Assembly (NCBI GenBank): GCA_016288795.1
Contig: JAEELI010000002.1
Coordinates: forward strand, 25,153 to 89,152
From: Bacillales bacterium
Lineage (GTDB): Bacteria > Bacillota_I > Bacilli_A > RF39 > UBA660
DNA: 64,000 bases
Direction: 5' to 3'
Positions within the stretch are counted from its first letter, which is position 1. Each line of letters begins with the position of its first letter. Of this stretch, positions 52,730 through 61,895 are shown piece after piece. The position numbers and the translations under genes are program-made. The notes beneath the pieces were generated by a model that saw only the letters and a list, made by a program, of their open reading frames with translations, had not been told where the DNA came from and made no database searches.

Positions 52730-52886
52730 AATAAATCAACCTCTCAAACCAGTTTAATTATATTATGCTTTTTTAATTCATGCAATATCTCAAGCCATAA
52801 TTTTTCCCCGGTAATTCACCGGTAATTTTATTCATATTATTTTATAAAACAATGTATTTATGGGCATTAAAAAAACAAGTAACAAA

Positions 52887-53044
52887 CCCATCACCTGCTC
52901 CATAAATTATTCAAAAGTCCGTATATTCGGGCTTTTTTCATTTTCTAAATATCAAAATTACAACTTTTTTTATTATCTAATAAAATCTGCGATAATTCTC
53001 CCAAAATAATTCAACCTTCCAACATTAATTATATCATATTTATT
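52887..53044 (+). repeat. 158-bp direct repeat, copy 2 (att-like)
   Basis: Begins CCCATCACCTGCTCCA, the last 16 nt of tRNA-Gly. Confidence 0.92.
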
Positions 53045-53137
53045 GATAATATAATACATATTTGTTACTTGTAAAATAAATAATTGTATTAAAAAAGTGA
53101 GTAAATAAAACTCACTTTATCATGGTAGAATTTAAGA

Positions 53138-53629
53138 TTATCTTCTTCCAAATGACTCATTTTCACCTTTTTGTGGATAAAATATTGGATTATTAGTGGA
53201 ATATCTAACCCAATCTTCAAATGAATTAGCATATCTTTCATTTTGATAAATTCCATCAACAATACTTCCAGCATATCTATAATTAACTATAGCCTCAACT
53301 TCTTTTTTTAAAACTTCTGGTCTAAATAATGTTCCGGCAGCTAACATAATTTGTTGACTATGCGCCATTATTGCATCATATGTAGCTTTAGCGCCTTCAT
53401 TAAATGCATATTCATAGTCTTGTTTAGTTATAACTTTTTCAATTGTCATTCTTGATCTACCATATTCCGTAGCTAAAAACCATGTGTGAGCAAATTTAAC
53501 TCTTGCCACTAATTGTGGATCAATGTAAGGAATTCCGGTCTTCCTATCAACTACAGCATATTCCCCATTTTGTTTAATAATATTATATCTATCAAATAAG
53601 CTTTTGACGTCTTCAAATTGATAACCCAT
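53138..53629 (-). CDS. Hypothetical protein
   Basis: 163-aa ORF with RBS GAGGTG. Confidence 0.7.
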   Translation of the reverse strand: MGYQFEDVKSLFDRYNIIKQNGEYAVVDRKTGIPYIDPQLVARVKFAHTWFLATEYGRSRMTIEKVITKQDYEYAFNEGAKATYDAIMAHSQQIMLAAGTLFRPEVLKKEVEAIVNYRYAGSIVDGIYQNERYANSFEDWVRYSTNNPIFYPQKGENESFGRR

Positions 53630-53714
53630 TTCAACACCTCTATTTAGATTATAACTTACTTTGATATTATTCTCAATATATAGTATAATCCAAGTATACT
53701 AGGATGTGTTAAGT

Positions 53715-54437
53715 ATGAAAAGAATATTGATATGTGGAATTGTTTTATTACTTGTAGCAGGATGTGGTAAAAAATATACTGTTGAAGATGTAGTAAACAA
53801 TAAAAGTTTTAAGTTCATAACTAATAGCAAGGAATATAACTTAAAATGCAGTAAGGAAGTTGAAAAGAAAACTACAACAATTTCTGTTTACTTTAATAAT
53901 GACCGTAAAACAGTTATATTCAATGTTAAAGGCTCTTCAAAATATGATGGTGATATTACAATAACTGATAAGATTAACACATTTGATAATGCCTATTCCT
54001 TGCTAAACTCAGATGGATATAAATGTGAAATTGTTGAAGATGATAATGAATGGTTACAAAAAAGAATAGAAGAACAAGAAAGATTAAAAAAAGCATTAGC
54101 TAAATCTTCTGCTAAATCATCGTTTAATTACAAGGAAGCTGGTAAGCTTCTATGCAATAAATATAATGGTATAACAGATAATTCTTTCACAATTAAAAAT
54201 GAGACTTTCTATTATAATAAATCAAAATGGAGCAACATTAAATATGAATGCTCAGAACAATATATTTTTAGTTTCAATAAAAAAGGTAAAACTAAACATG
54301 TAAATTATTGGTTAATGTGTCCAAATGATGCTAAAAGAAATGAATATATGCAAATAGCTACAATAGATGATAGTATTGATAATTTTCAAAAAGTTTATGA
54401 AAAATACACTAGCAATGATTTTGTGTGTGAGTATTAA
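53715..54437 (+). CDS. Lipoprotein with two related domains
   Basis: Lipobox VAGC; FDNAY...SDGYKCE and FQKVY...SNDFVCE repeats. Confidence 0.75.
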   Translation: MKRILICGIVLLLVAGCGKKYTVEDVVNNKSFKFITNSKEYNLKCSKEVEKKTTTISVYFNNDRKTVIFNVKGSSKYDGDITITDKINTFDNAYSLLNSDGYKCEIVEDDNEWLQKRIEEQERLKKALAKSSAKSSFNYKEAGKLLCNKYNGITDNSFTIKNETFYYNKSKWSNIKYECSEQYIFSFNKKGKTKHVNYWLMCPNDAKRNEYMQIATIDDSIDNFQKVYEKYTSNDFVCEY

Positions 54438-54473
54438 AAATAATTATATGGTATAATTATTCTAGTGATTAAT

Positions 54474-54884
54474 ATGAATAAAGAATTAATAAGAACAATA
54501 AAGTTTACTTTGTTTTCTATTTCTGCCGGAGCAATTGAATTTGGTTTATTTACATTGCTTACATTATGGACAAATTGGAATTATTGGGTATGTTATTTAA
54601 TTGCACTGGTGGCGTCAGTTATATGGAACTTTACTCTTAATAGAGAGTTTACATTTAAATCTAGCAATAATGTTCCTGTAGCTATGGCTAAAGTTTTAGC
54701 ATTCTATGTAGTTTTTACTCCCCTTTCAACTATATTGGGCAATTATCTAGTTGAAACATGTCATTGGAATGAATTTCTAGTTACAATCATAAATATGTTA
54801 TTAAATTTTATTCTTGAATACCTATATGATAGATTTTATGTATTTAAAGATAGTATGGATACTAAAAAGAAAAAAAACGCTTAA
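54474..54884 (+). CDS. GtrA family membrane protein
   Basis: KFTLFS, SVIWNFTLNREFTFKS, RFYVF. Confidence 0.88.
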   Translation: MNKELIRTIKFTLFSISAGAIEFGLFTLLTLWTNWNYWVCYLIALVASVIWNFTLNREFTFKSSNNVPVAMAKVLAFYVVFTPLSTILGNYLVETCHWNEFLVTIINMLLNFILEYLYDRFYVFKDSMDTKKKKNA

Positions 54885-55328
54885 AGCGTTTTTTTCATTT
54901 CGTTTATTTTGTTATATGTATCATATAAAATCACGCTGGCTGCAGTTGATCCATTTATTGAATTACACATGCCTAATAAAGGAAGATGAATAATTGCATC
55001 TGATAGATTAAGCAATTCTTGAGAAACTCCATCATATTCTCTTCCAAGAATAAAACATACTGGTGAAGAAGGATAAAATTCACGATAATCAATACTATTG
55101 TCTGCTACTTCGTCAGAAATGATTTGAACTCCTTTAGGTTTTAGTTTTTGGGCTATTTCAACTGGATTCTCATAATATTCCCAAGGAACCCACTTCTCTA
55201 CTCCTCGAGAACTAGTCTTAATCTTTTTATTCGGAGGAACGATAGTCTTTCCACATATATATACTTTTTTTACTAATAAAGCATCAGATAATCTAGGAAT
55301 AGTTATGTGCAACTTTTAAACAGTCTAA
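54881..55328 (-). pseudogene. TrmH/SpoU RNA methyltransferase, frameshifted and 5'-truncated
   Basis: ILGREYDGV and SINGSTAA SPOUT motifs; the upstream LDCLKVAHN motif lies in another frame. Confidence 0.75.
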
Positions 55329-55463
55329 AATTCCAATATCTTTTACATATCTTATTTACCTAAAGCATGTATAATGCAGTCCAGTATTCCTCCTTTAATA
55401 TGTTTTATTATAAATAGATAAATAAAAAGTCAAACAAAAAAGTAGATAACCATTTCTACTTTT

Positions 55464-56477
55464 TTAATATATACTATCTTTTATTTCTAATTTTCTAACT
55501 TTTTTCATATCTTTTCCAGCTTCATCCCATACATCTCGGTGATCGAAAGCCATTTCTTCAGCTTCAAAATATTGAATATGACCTTTTTTATCAGAATAAA
55601 CATCTAAGAAGTATCCACCTAGAGCATTAGATAAACCTTTTTTTGTTTGGAATTGTGTAATATCACATAATGCTGGAGTTAATACACATTGAACATTACG
55701 ATATAAGAATGTATAACTCTTATGATAATGACCAATTAATAATATTTTTGGTTTATTATGTGACTCTAATTTTTCTATTCTTTGTTGAGGATTATAAGAA
55801 ACTGATTTAGAAGAACCTCCTCCTGGATGGTCTAAAAGAACTTTTACACCGTCAAAACTAAACTCTCCTGTATCTTGTCCTAAATAAACCAAATCCTTTC
55901 TTACTCTCGAAATCCAACTATTAACTGTTGCTTGTCCATTTTTATAATGAGTTTCATCGTGACTGCCTAAAATATAATAAGTTGTCATTCCATTTATTTC
56001 AGGATACATATCTACTACATAACCAGCTTGTTCATCAAAGCCATGCAAGAATTGTTGCCTTGGGCTCTCAGGTCTATTTGGATAATTACCATCAACAACA
56101 TCACCAATGTGTAAAACAGTTTTAATTCCTCTTTTATAAGCCTCTTCATATATTTCATTTAATAAATGTAATTGTTGATGAATATTACCAAAATGAGTAT
56201 CAGAAACAACACAAATTTCATTATGATTTAATTCTTCAGCATTTCTACTAGGCTTTTGAATTAAATTCTTCTTAACTGTTTTCCTTTTAAATACTAAGGT
56301 TCCATCTTCAACTTCCATAGATATATCTTTTCCATATATTCTACATAATTCCATTAAAGCATTTAATTCATTTCTATTATAATGTAATTTTTCCATAAAT
56401 GTTTCAACACTCATATTATGTTTCATATATCTATAAACTTTGTTTACGTATTCTCTTGTAGTATCTATATCAGCCAT
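55464..56477 (-). CDS. Calcineurin-like metallophosphoesterase with N-terminal HTH-like region (intact metal ligands)
   Basis: SDTH, GDVVDG, GSHD, HP, GHYH. Confidence 0.88.
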   Translation of the reverse strand: MADIDTTREYVNKVYRYMKHNMSVETFMEKLHYNRNELNALMELCRIYGKDISMEVEDGTLVFKRKTVKKNLIQKPSRNAEELNHNEICVVSDTHFGNIHQQLHLLNEIYEEAYKRGIKTVLHIGDVVDGNYPNRPESPRQQFLHGFDEQAGYVVDMYPEINGMTTYYILGSHDETHYKNGQATVNSWISRVRKDLVYLGQDTGEFSFDGVKVLLDHPGGGSSKSVSYNPQQRIEKLESHNKPKILLIGHYHKSYTFLYRNVQCVLTPALCDITQFQTKKGLSNALGGYFLDVYSDKKGHIQYFEAEEMAFDHRDVWDEAGKDMKKVRKLEIKDSIY

Positions 56478-57495
56478 TCAATTCCTCTCCTTTAATTAAA
56501 ACTAGTTTTTTAGGATTATCTTTTATATCCAGTTTCTTTGCTTTTGTATAATCATTTTTATCAGTTGTATAATATGGAGAATTAAATGCTGTAAAACTAT
56601 CTAATAAACCTTTTTCATTAGTTCTAACAGTTACATACCAAGCTCCAACAGTATTAGCATATCTTTTATCATTCATTTCTTTAGTAGTGGCACAAACAGA
56701 TGGAACAGATAAACAATGAACATTTCGATAATAGTATTTTTCCATTTGTAATAATCCGCCCATTATTAAGATATCTGGTTTATCCTCACTACGATAAGAA
56801 TCTATTTGTTGTTGTGTTCTATATGAAGATGTATATGTTTTAGCAAGTTGGCTACTCAATAATTGAACTCTAACTTTATCAATTAATAAATCACATGACT
56901 TTGGTCCTAAATAAACCATATCACTTCTTTTATCAGCAATTCTTCTGCCTATATCTACTTTATATTTTTTTATATGCTTATCATCATTTTTACCAGTTAT
57001 AAAATAAGTTGTCATTCCTTCTATTTTAGGGAAAAATTTACTAATATACTCTATTTGTTCATAAGTATCATCTAAAAATAATGTTTCTTTATATCTATCA
57101 GTTATAGGATATATACCAGCAGAAATATTCCCACATAAGATAACATTATCATATCCCATTTCATATCCCTTTTGATAAATATCATTCAAAATAGATAATT
57201 GTTGACTTTTACTTCCAAATAAAGTATCAGATACAGCAATAAATTTAAATTCATTAGCATCATTCGTTTCAAAATTATATGTATTTTTGTCACGGAATTC
57301 TATATCTCCTTGATTAATCATATAAATATCGTCTTGTTCTTTTCTATAAACAATATTATTTCCACTTTCTCTAGCTTGATAAATTAAATCAAAAACTTCA
57401 TATTCATGCAAGCCGAATTCCAAACATACTTGTTCTAAAGTTCTTTCTTTTTGAATAAACAAAAGAATATTCCTTATTAATTCCTCAGTTTCCAT
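56470..57495 (-). CDS. Paralogous metallophosphoesterase-fold protein, metal ligands degenerate
   Basis: SDTL, GNISAG, GKND, GGLL at the equivalent positions; shared QQLxxLNxIY and GMTTYxIxG. Confidence 0.8.
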   Translation of the reverse strand: METEELIRNILLFIQKERTLEQVCLEFGLHEYEVFDLIYQARESGNNIVYRKEQDDIYMINQGDIEFRDKNTYNFETNDANEFKFIAVSDTLFGSKSQQLSILNDIYQKGYEMGYDNVILCGNISAGIYPITDRYKETLFLDDTYEQIEYISKFFPKIEGMTTYFITGKNDDKHIKKYKVDIGRRIADKRSDMVYLGPKSCDLLIDKVRVQLLSSQLAKTYTSSYRTQQQIDSYRSEDKPDILIMGGLLQMEKYYYRNVHCLSVPSVCATTKEMNDKRYANTVGAWYVTVRTNEKGLLDSFTAFNSPYYTTDKNDYTKAKKLDIKDNPKKLVLIKGEELNG

Positions 57496-57528
57496 TTTAC
57501 CTCCCACTAAAAAAAGGTGGCACCTATA

Positions 57529-57573
57529 TTAAGTCCAACCTTTATAATTTCTTTTTGTTATACATACCTTCAT
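57529..57573 (-). CDS. Putative 14-aa leader peptide MKVCITKRNYKGWT
   Basis: AAGGTGA RBS before ATG; 3' end overlaps a hairpin followed by a U-tract. Confidence 0.45.
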   Translation of the reverse strand: MKVCITKRNYKGWT

Positions 57574-57643
57574 GGTGATCACCTTATCCCCAATTATAAT
57601 TATAACAAAATATTTTTTTATTTAAATACCATTTGGCATAATT

Positions 57644-58165
57644 TTACATATTTTTTTGCCTACGTATTTTTTCATCTATTCTTCTTACTCTTTGATATCC
57701 TTTTTCGTTTGGTAATCCCCATCCATCAGTATTTGTTCCTTTTAAATCAAAGAACATAGGATAGCCTCCACCTTGGAACCAATCATCTAAGTTACGAATA
57801 TTATCATCAACTAGGATATGCCCAAAAGGATTAACAATATCGCTTTTCCTTAACATCCAAGGAACAAGTATTATTCTTTGTTTTATTCCATCATTTCTCA
57901 TATATTTCACTTTAGCGCATCCTTCATTTTCTAAAGAATAAACTGTTGTTAATATAGCTGATTTTTCAGGATTCGTATGCTTTAAGATATAAAGTGAATC
58001 ATTTATTACCGGAGAATTATGAATAATATACTCCCAATTAGCTGTGCGAACATATTCAATTTTATCTTTTTCAGTTAATTCTTCTACATTAGGAAGTTTA
58101 TACCATTCTTCAAATAATAAATCTGTTGTATCTAACATAACACCATCAAAATCAATATATCTCAT
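57644..58165 (-). CDS. HAD-superfamily 5'(3')-deoxyribonucleotidase-like protein
   Basis: IDFDGV, ILT, K, ILVDDNIRNL. Confidence 0.75.
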   Translation of the reverse strand: MRYIDFDGVMLDTTDLLFEEWYKLPNVEELTEKDKIEYVRTANWEYIIHNSPVINDSLYILKHTNPEKSAILTTVYSLENEGCAKVKYMRNDGIKQRIILVPWMLRKSDIVNPFGHILVDDNIRNLDDWFQGGGYPMFFDLKGTNTDGWGLPNEKGYQRVRRIDEKIRRQKNM

Positions 58166-58269
58166 AAACCCTCCTAATAATAATTAATATTTATTGTATA
58201 AAAAAAATAAATAAATGTCTATAAAAAGTTTAAAAATAAAAAGTCGCGTTAAGCGACTAATTAACCAAA

Positions 58270-58346
58270 TGGGGCGAAATAAGGGGATCGAACCCTTGCG
58301 TACCGGAGCCACAATCCGGCGTGTTAACCACTTCACCAATTCCGCC
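58270..58346 (-). tRNA. tRNA-His (GTG)
   Basis: Anticodon arm CCGGA-TTGTGGC-TCCGG; G-1; CCA end. Confidence 0.97.
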
Positions 58347-58404
58347 ATAAACGTAGGATTATTATACCAAAAATTGATAGATATTGCAATAAAAAAGACT
58401 ATTT

Positions 58405-59325
58405 CTAGTCTTTATCATTTAAATTAACATTTTCCGCTACTATTAAATCACTAAAAGTCTCTTTAAATCTTTCTATTTCTTTTATTTTAACATCATCATA
58501 TATGCTCTTAGCGTTACATATTGCTTTATAAAAATGTTTTGTTTTAACTACTTTTTCGTTATCATATAAAGCATAGGTAAACGCATTAGAAACTATAGTC
58601 AAACATATATCTGGATATCTAGATGATATTTCGTAGATCCTTTTATATTCATCTGTCATTTCAACAATAAATTTCATAAATTTTTCTATTTGAAATGGTT
58701 GATAATTAATTTTAACTCCTATTTGTTTTTCTAGCTTAGGAATTGTTCCCATTAATATTCGCACTACTGTAGGTTTATCTGCTTCTAAAACTTCAACTTT
58801 TTGAAATCTTCTTAAAAATGCTCTATCTCGTAAAATATATGTTTCGTATTCTTCAGACGTAGTTGCACCAATCATTTTTATTAAACCACGATCTAAACTT
58901 GGTTTTAATAGGTTAGCAAAGTCTACTCCGCCACTTTTATTAATCAATAAATGTGTTTCATCAATAAATAGAATTGTCTTTTCTCTTTTAGCTATTTCCC
59001 TAACAATAACATCTAATTTACTTTGCGTATCTTTTTCATTAGTAGCAGTTCCTAATAAACTAGCTACGTTCATCTTAATAACAGACCAGCCTTTCAAGGC
59101 ATCTGGAACCATTCCCTTTTGAATACGATATGCTAATCCTTCAACTATTGCTGTTTTACCAATGCCGGCTTTACCTACCAATAAGGCACTCTTTTCGGGT
59201 GTTAGTAATATTAATATACAAGCTTTAATTTCTTCATCTCTTGCTATCGCTGGATCTGTAATATATTCTTTAGCAGTTAAATCTTCTCCATAAATATCAA
59301 TCAAAGATAATGTTTCCCCATTCAT
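58405..59325 (-). CDS. Stand-alone ClpA/B/C NBD1-like AAA+ ATPase
   Basis: [35 protein letters not shown]; no N-domain or second NBD. Confidence 0.85.
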   Translation of the reverse strand: MNGETLSLIDIYGEDLTAKEYITDPAIARDEEIKACILILLTPEKSALLVGKAGIGKTAIVEGLAYRIQKGMVPDALKGWSVIKMNVASLLGTATNEKDTQSKLDVIVREIAKREKTILFIDETHLLINKSGGVDFANLLKPSLDRGLIKMIGATTSEEYETYILRDRAFLRRFQKVEVLEADKPTVVRILMGTIPKLEKQIGVKINYQPFQIEKFMKFIVEMTDEYKRIYEISSRYPDICLTIVSNAFTYALYDNEKVVKTKHFYKAICNAKSIYDDVKIKEIERFKETFSDLIVAENVNLNDKD

Positions 59326-59418
59326 GTTATCACCGAATTAATTATACCATATAAATAATTTTGTTGACAAAAAAAGAATTCATTTTATAATATTTATACA
59401 AGGAAAGGGAAAGTTTTT

Positions 59419-59994
59419 ATGGAAAGAAAATGTGCAAACTGCGTTGGAATTGATTTTGATAAAAAATACAAAAATATGTGGGGAGAAACAATGTACTATT
59501 GCGAAAGAGAACATAAAGACGTTCGAATGGGATTTGATGCATGTCCTAAATTTAAGGCTGTTGAAAAAGATAAAGGCGATTATACACCATCAGGATGTTA
59601 TATAACTACTATTCTTTGTGACATATTAGGATATGATGATGATTGTCAATTATTAGTTTCTCTAAGAGATTTCAGAGATAACTATTTAAAAAAACACCCA
59701 GAATATTTAAACATGTTATTAGAATATGACTTTATTGGACCATTAATTAGTAGAAGAATTATTGAAGAAGATAATAATGCTTTATTTGCTCAAGGATTAG
59801 TTGAACACTTTATTATTCCTTGTGTCGAGGCAATTATTTATGAAGACTACGATAAAGCTATAAGAATATATAGTAATATGGTTATTTATCTTAATGATGA
59901 ATTTGACTTGCCTATGGTTAAATTTGACAATAGTGTTAAATATGATATGGAAACTTTAGGTAAAGGAAGAGCTAGAGTTCTAACAAGTGAATAA
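59419..59994 (+). CDS. Cys-rich N-terminus plus CFI-box-CTERM-like domain protein
   Basis: CANC...C...C; GCYITT...LRDFRDNYL...Y...GPLIS. Confidence 0.7.
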   Translation: MERKCANCVGIDFDKKYKNMWGETMYYCEREHKDVRMGFDACPKFKAVEKDKGDYTPSGCYITTILCDILGYDDDCQLLVSLRDFRDNYLKKHPEYLNMLLEYDFIGPLISRRIIEEDNNALFAQGLVEHFIIPCVEAIIYEDYDKAIRIYSNMVIYLNDEFDLPMVKFDNSVKYDMETLGKGRARVLTSE

Positions 59995-60051
59995 TATCAC
60001 TTGTTTTTTTTATAAAAAAAAGTAAATCTCTCGATTTACTTATTTTTTAAA

Positions 60052-60127
60052 TGGCGCCCAATGTAGGACTCGAACCTACGACCTAACGGTTAACAGCCGT
60101 GCGCTCTACCGACTGAGCTAATTGGGC
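60052..60127 (-). tRNA. tRNA-Asn (GTT)
   Basis: Cloverleaf, anticodon loop CTGTTAA, GGTTCGAGTCC, CCA end. Confidence 0.97.
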
Positions 60128-60194
60128 ATTACTCCATTAGTATAATAAATAGTTTAATAAATGTCAACCTTAAAGTATTATACTAATGGTATTT

Positions 60195-61832
60195 TTATAC
60201 TTCTTGAACTACAGCAATTATCATTGGTTTACATTCAGTTTCATGATATAGATAATTGCTCAACTCTTCTCTAATCTCAACTTTAATTTTATTATAATCT
60301 ACAAAAGTTGGTGTAATATTTCTTTCTATAATCTTTTCACAAATACTTTTAATTTCAGCAATTAAGTCTGCTGAATCCTTTACATAGATAAATCCTCTAG
60401 AAGTTACCTCGGGTCCTACAAGTAGGACTTTATCTTTCTTAGATATAGTCGCACTAATTAGAACTATACCATTTTCAGAAAGCATTTCTCTATCTTTAAT
60501 TACTAACTCACCAATGTCTTCAGAAGACTTTCCGTCAATTAACACATCATTTACTTTTACTTGACTATAATCTTCAATTAGGGCACCGTCTTCTATTGTC
60601 ACTACATCACCATTTTGTTTTAAGATGACATTTTCTTTAGGTATACCTAAATTACTAGCCAAATTAGCATTATTTACCATATAACGGTATTCTCCCTTTA
60701 CAGGCATATAATATTTTGGTTGAATTAATTTAATCATTAACATTATATCTTCACTAGATGGATGATGTAATATTATTTTATCACTAGGTAAATTAATTAT
60801 ATTGCAGCCAAACTTAGCTAATTCATTCTCTAATTTAACTAAAGCCTTTTCATTACTATCATATCTTGGCTCAGCAAACACTATAGTATCCGTATTTTTA
60901 CTAGTAATATACTTATCATAACCATGTAATATTTTACTAATATTTGCAAAAGGGTTTGCTCTTTCATCACAAATTAACAATATAACATTATCATCATTAA
61001 TATTAGATAAATCACCAATTATACCCTCTTCAACATTTAAATATTTTTCTTTAATAGCAAAATTAACTACATTTTGTAATCTTTTACCCATTATAACTAT
61101 TTTACGATGAGTATTTCTCGCAGCATTAAATATATCTGTTATTGTATATAAATGATATGGTAATAAAGAAAATAATATTCTTTTTTCGTTATGTTTTAAA
61201 ACATCTTTAAAATAATCTTCTAAGCGATGATTTGGTGAAGTATGCCCTTTTCTTTCTGAAAATGAAGATTCACACATTAAGCATAAAACTCCTTGTTTAC
61301 CTACATATGCTATTTTCCCCAAATCCATGTCATAAGCCCCAAGCATCGCTGGATCTATCACAAAGTCTCCAGTATAACAAATTGCTCCATCTGGAGTATT
61401 AATAACAAACATTACAGCATCGGGGATGCTATGAGATACTGAAATTGGAAATATAGATATATTTTTATCGAAAGTTATTTTTTTATGTGGTTTTATTTCT
61501 ATAATACTTTTTTCATCTATACCATGCTCTTCTAAAACAAATTTAGTAAACTTAGTTGCATATATTTTAATCTCTGGTAACATTCCATTTAAATCAGCAA
61601 TACTACCCATATTTTCACTATGACCATGAGTTATAAATATACCTTTAATTCTATTTTTATTATTCTCTAAATAATTAAAATCAGGCATTATATAATCAAT
61701 ACCCAAAAGATTAGAACTAGCGTATTTTAAGCCACAATCAAAAACAAAGATATCGTTATCTATCTCAATTACATAACAATTCTTTCCATTTTCAGCAAGC
61801 CCTCCCAAGCCAAAAATCTTTATTTTGCTCAT
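60195..61832 (-). CDS. rnjB: Ribonuclease J paralogue (J2-like, degenerate active site)
   Basis: GGLAENGKN; HGHSEN instead of HGHEDH; PVKGEYR instead of HGE. Confidence 0.85.
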   Translation of the reverse strand: MSKIKIFGLGGLAENGKNCYVIEIDNDIFVFDCGLKYASSNLLGIDYIMPDFNYLENNKNRIKGIFITHGHSENMGSIADLNGMLPEIKIYATKFTKFVLEEHGIDEKSIIEIKPHKKITFDKNISIFPISVSHSIPDAVMFVINTPDGAICYTGDFVIDPAMLGAYDMDLGKIAYVGKQGVLCLMCESSFSERKGHTSPNHRLEDYFKDVLKHNEKRILFSLLPYHLYTITDIFNAARNTHRKIVIMGKRLQNVVNFAIKEKYLNVEEGIIGDLSNINDDNVILLICDERANPFANISKILHGYDKYITSKNTDTIVFAEPRYDSNEKALVKLENELAKFGCNIINLPSDKIILHHPSSEDIMLMIKLIQPKYYMPVKGEYRYMVNNANLASNLGIPKENVILKQNGDVVTIEDGALIEDYSQVKVNDVLIDGKSSEDIGELVIKDREMLSENGIVLISATISKKDKVLLVGPEVTSRGFIYVKDSADLIAEIKSICEKIIERNITPTFVDYNKIKVEIREELSNYLYHETECKPMIIAVVQEV

Positions 61833-61895
61833 TTAATCACTCTTTCTAAAAAGTTCTTTTTCTAGATGAAATTATACCAAAAAAAGAGGAAAAAA

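Noticed and set aside
51594-55400. Prophage or ICE at tRNA-Gly
   Set aside because: No integrase, replication, structural or conjugation genes; only the att-like repeat remains
60195-61832. Degenerate second RNase J as a novelty
   Set aside because: J1/J2 paralogue pairs with a weakened J2 site are well known in Bacilli
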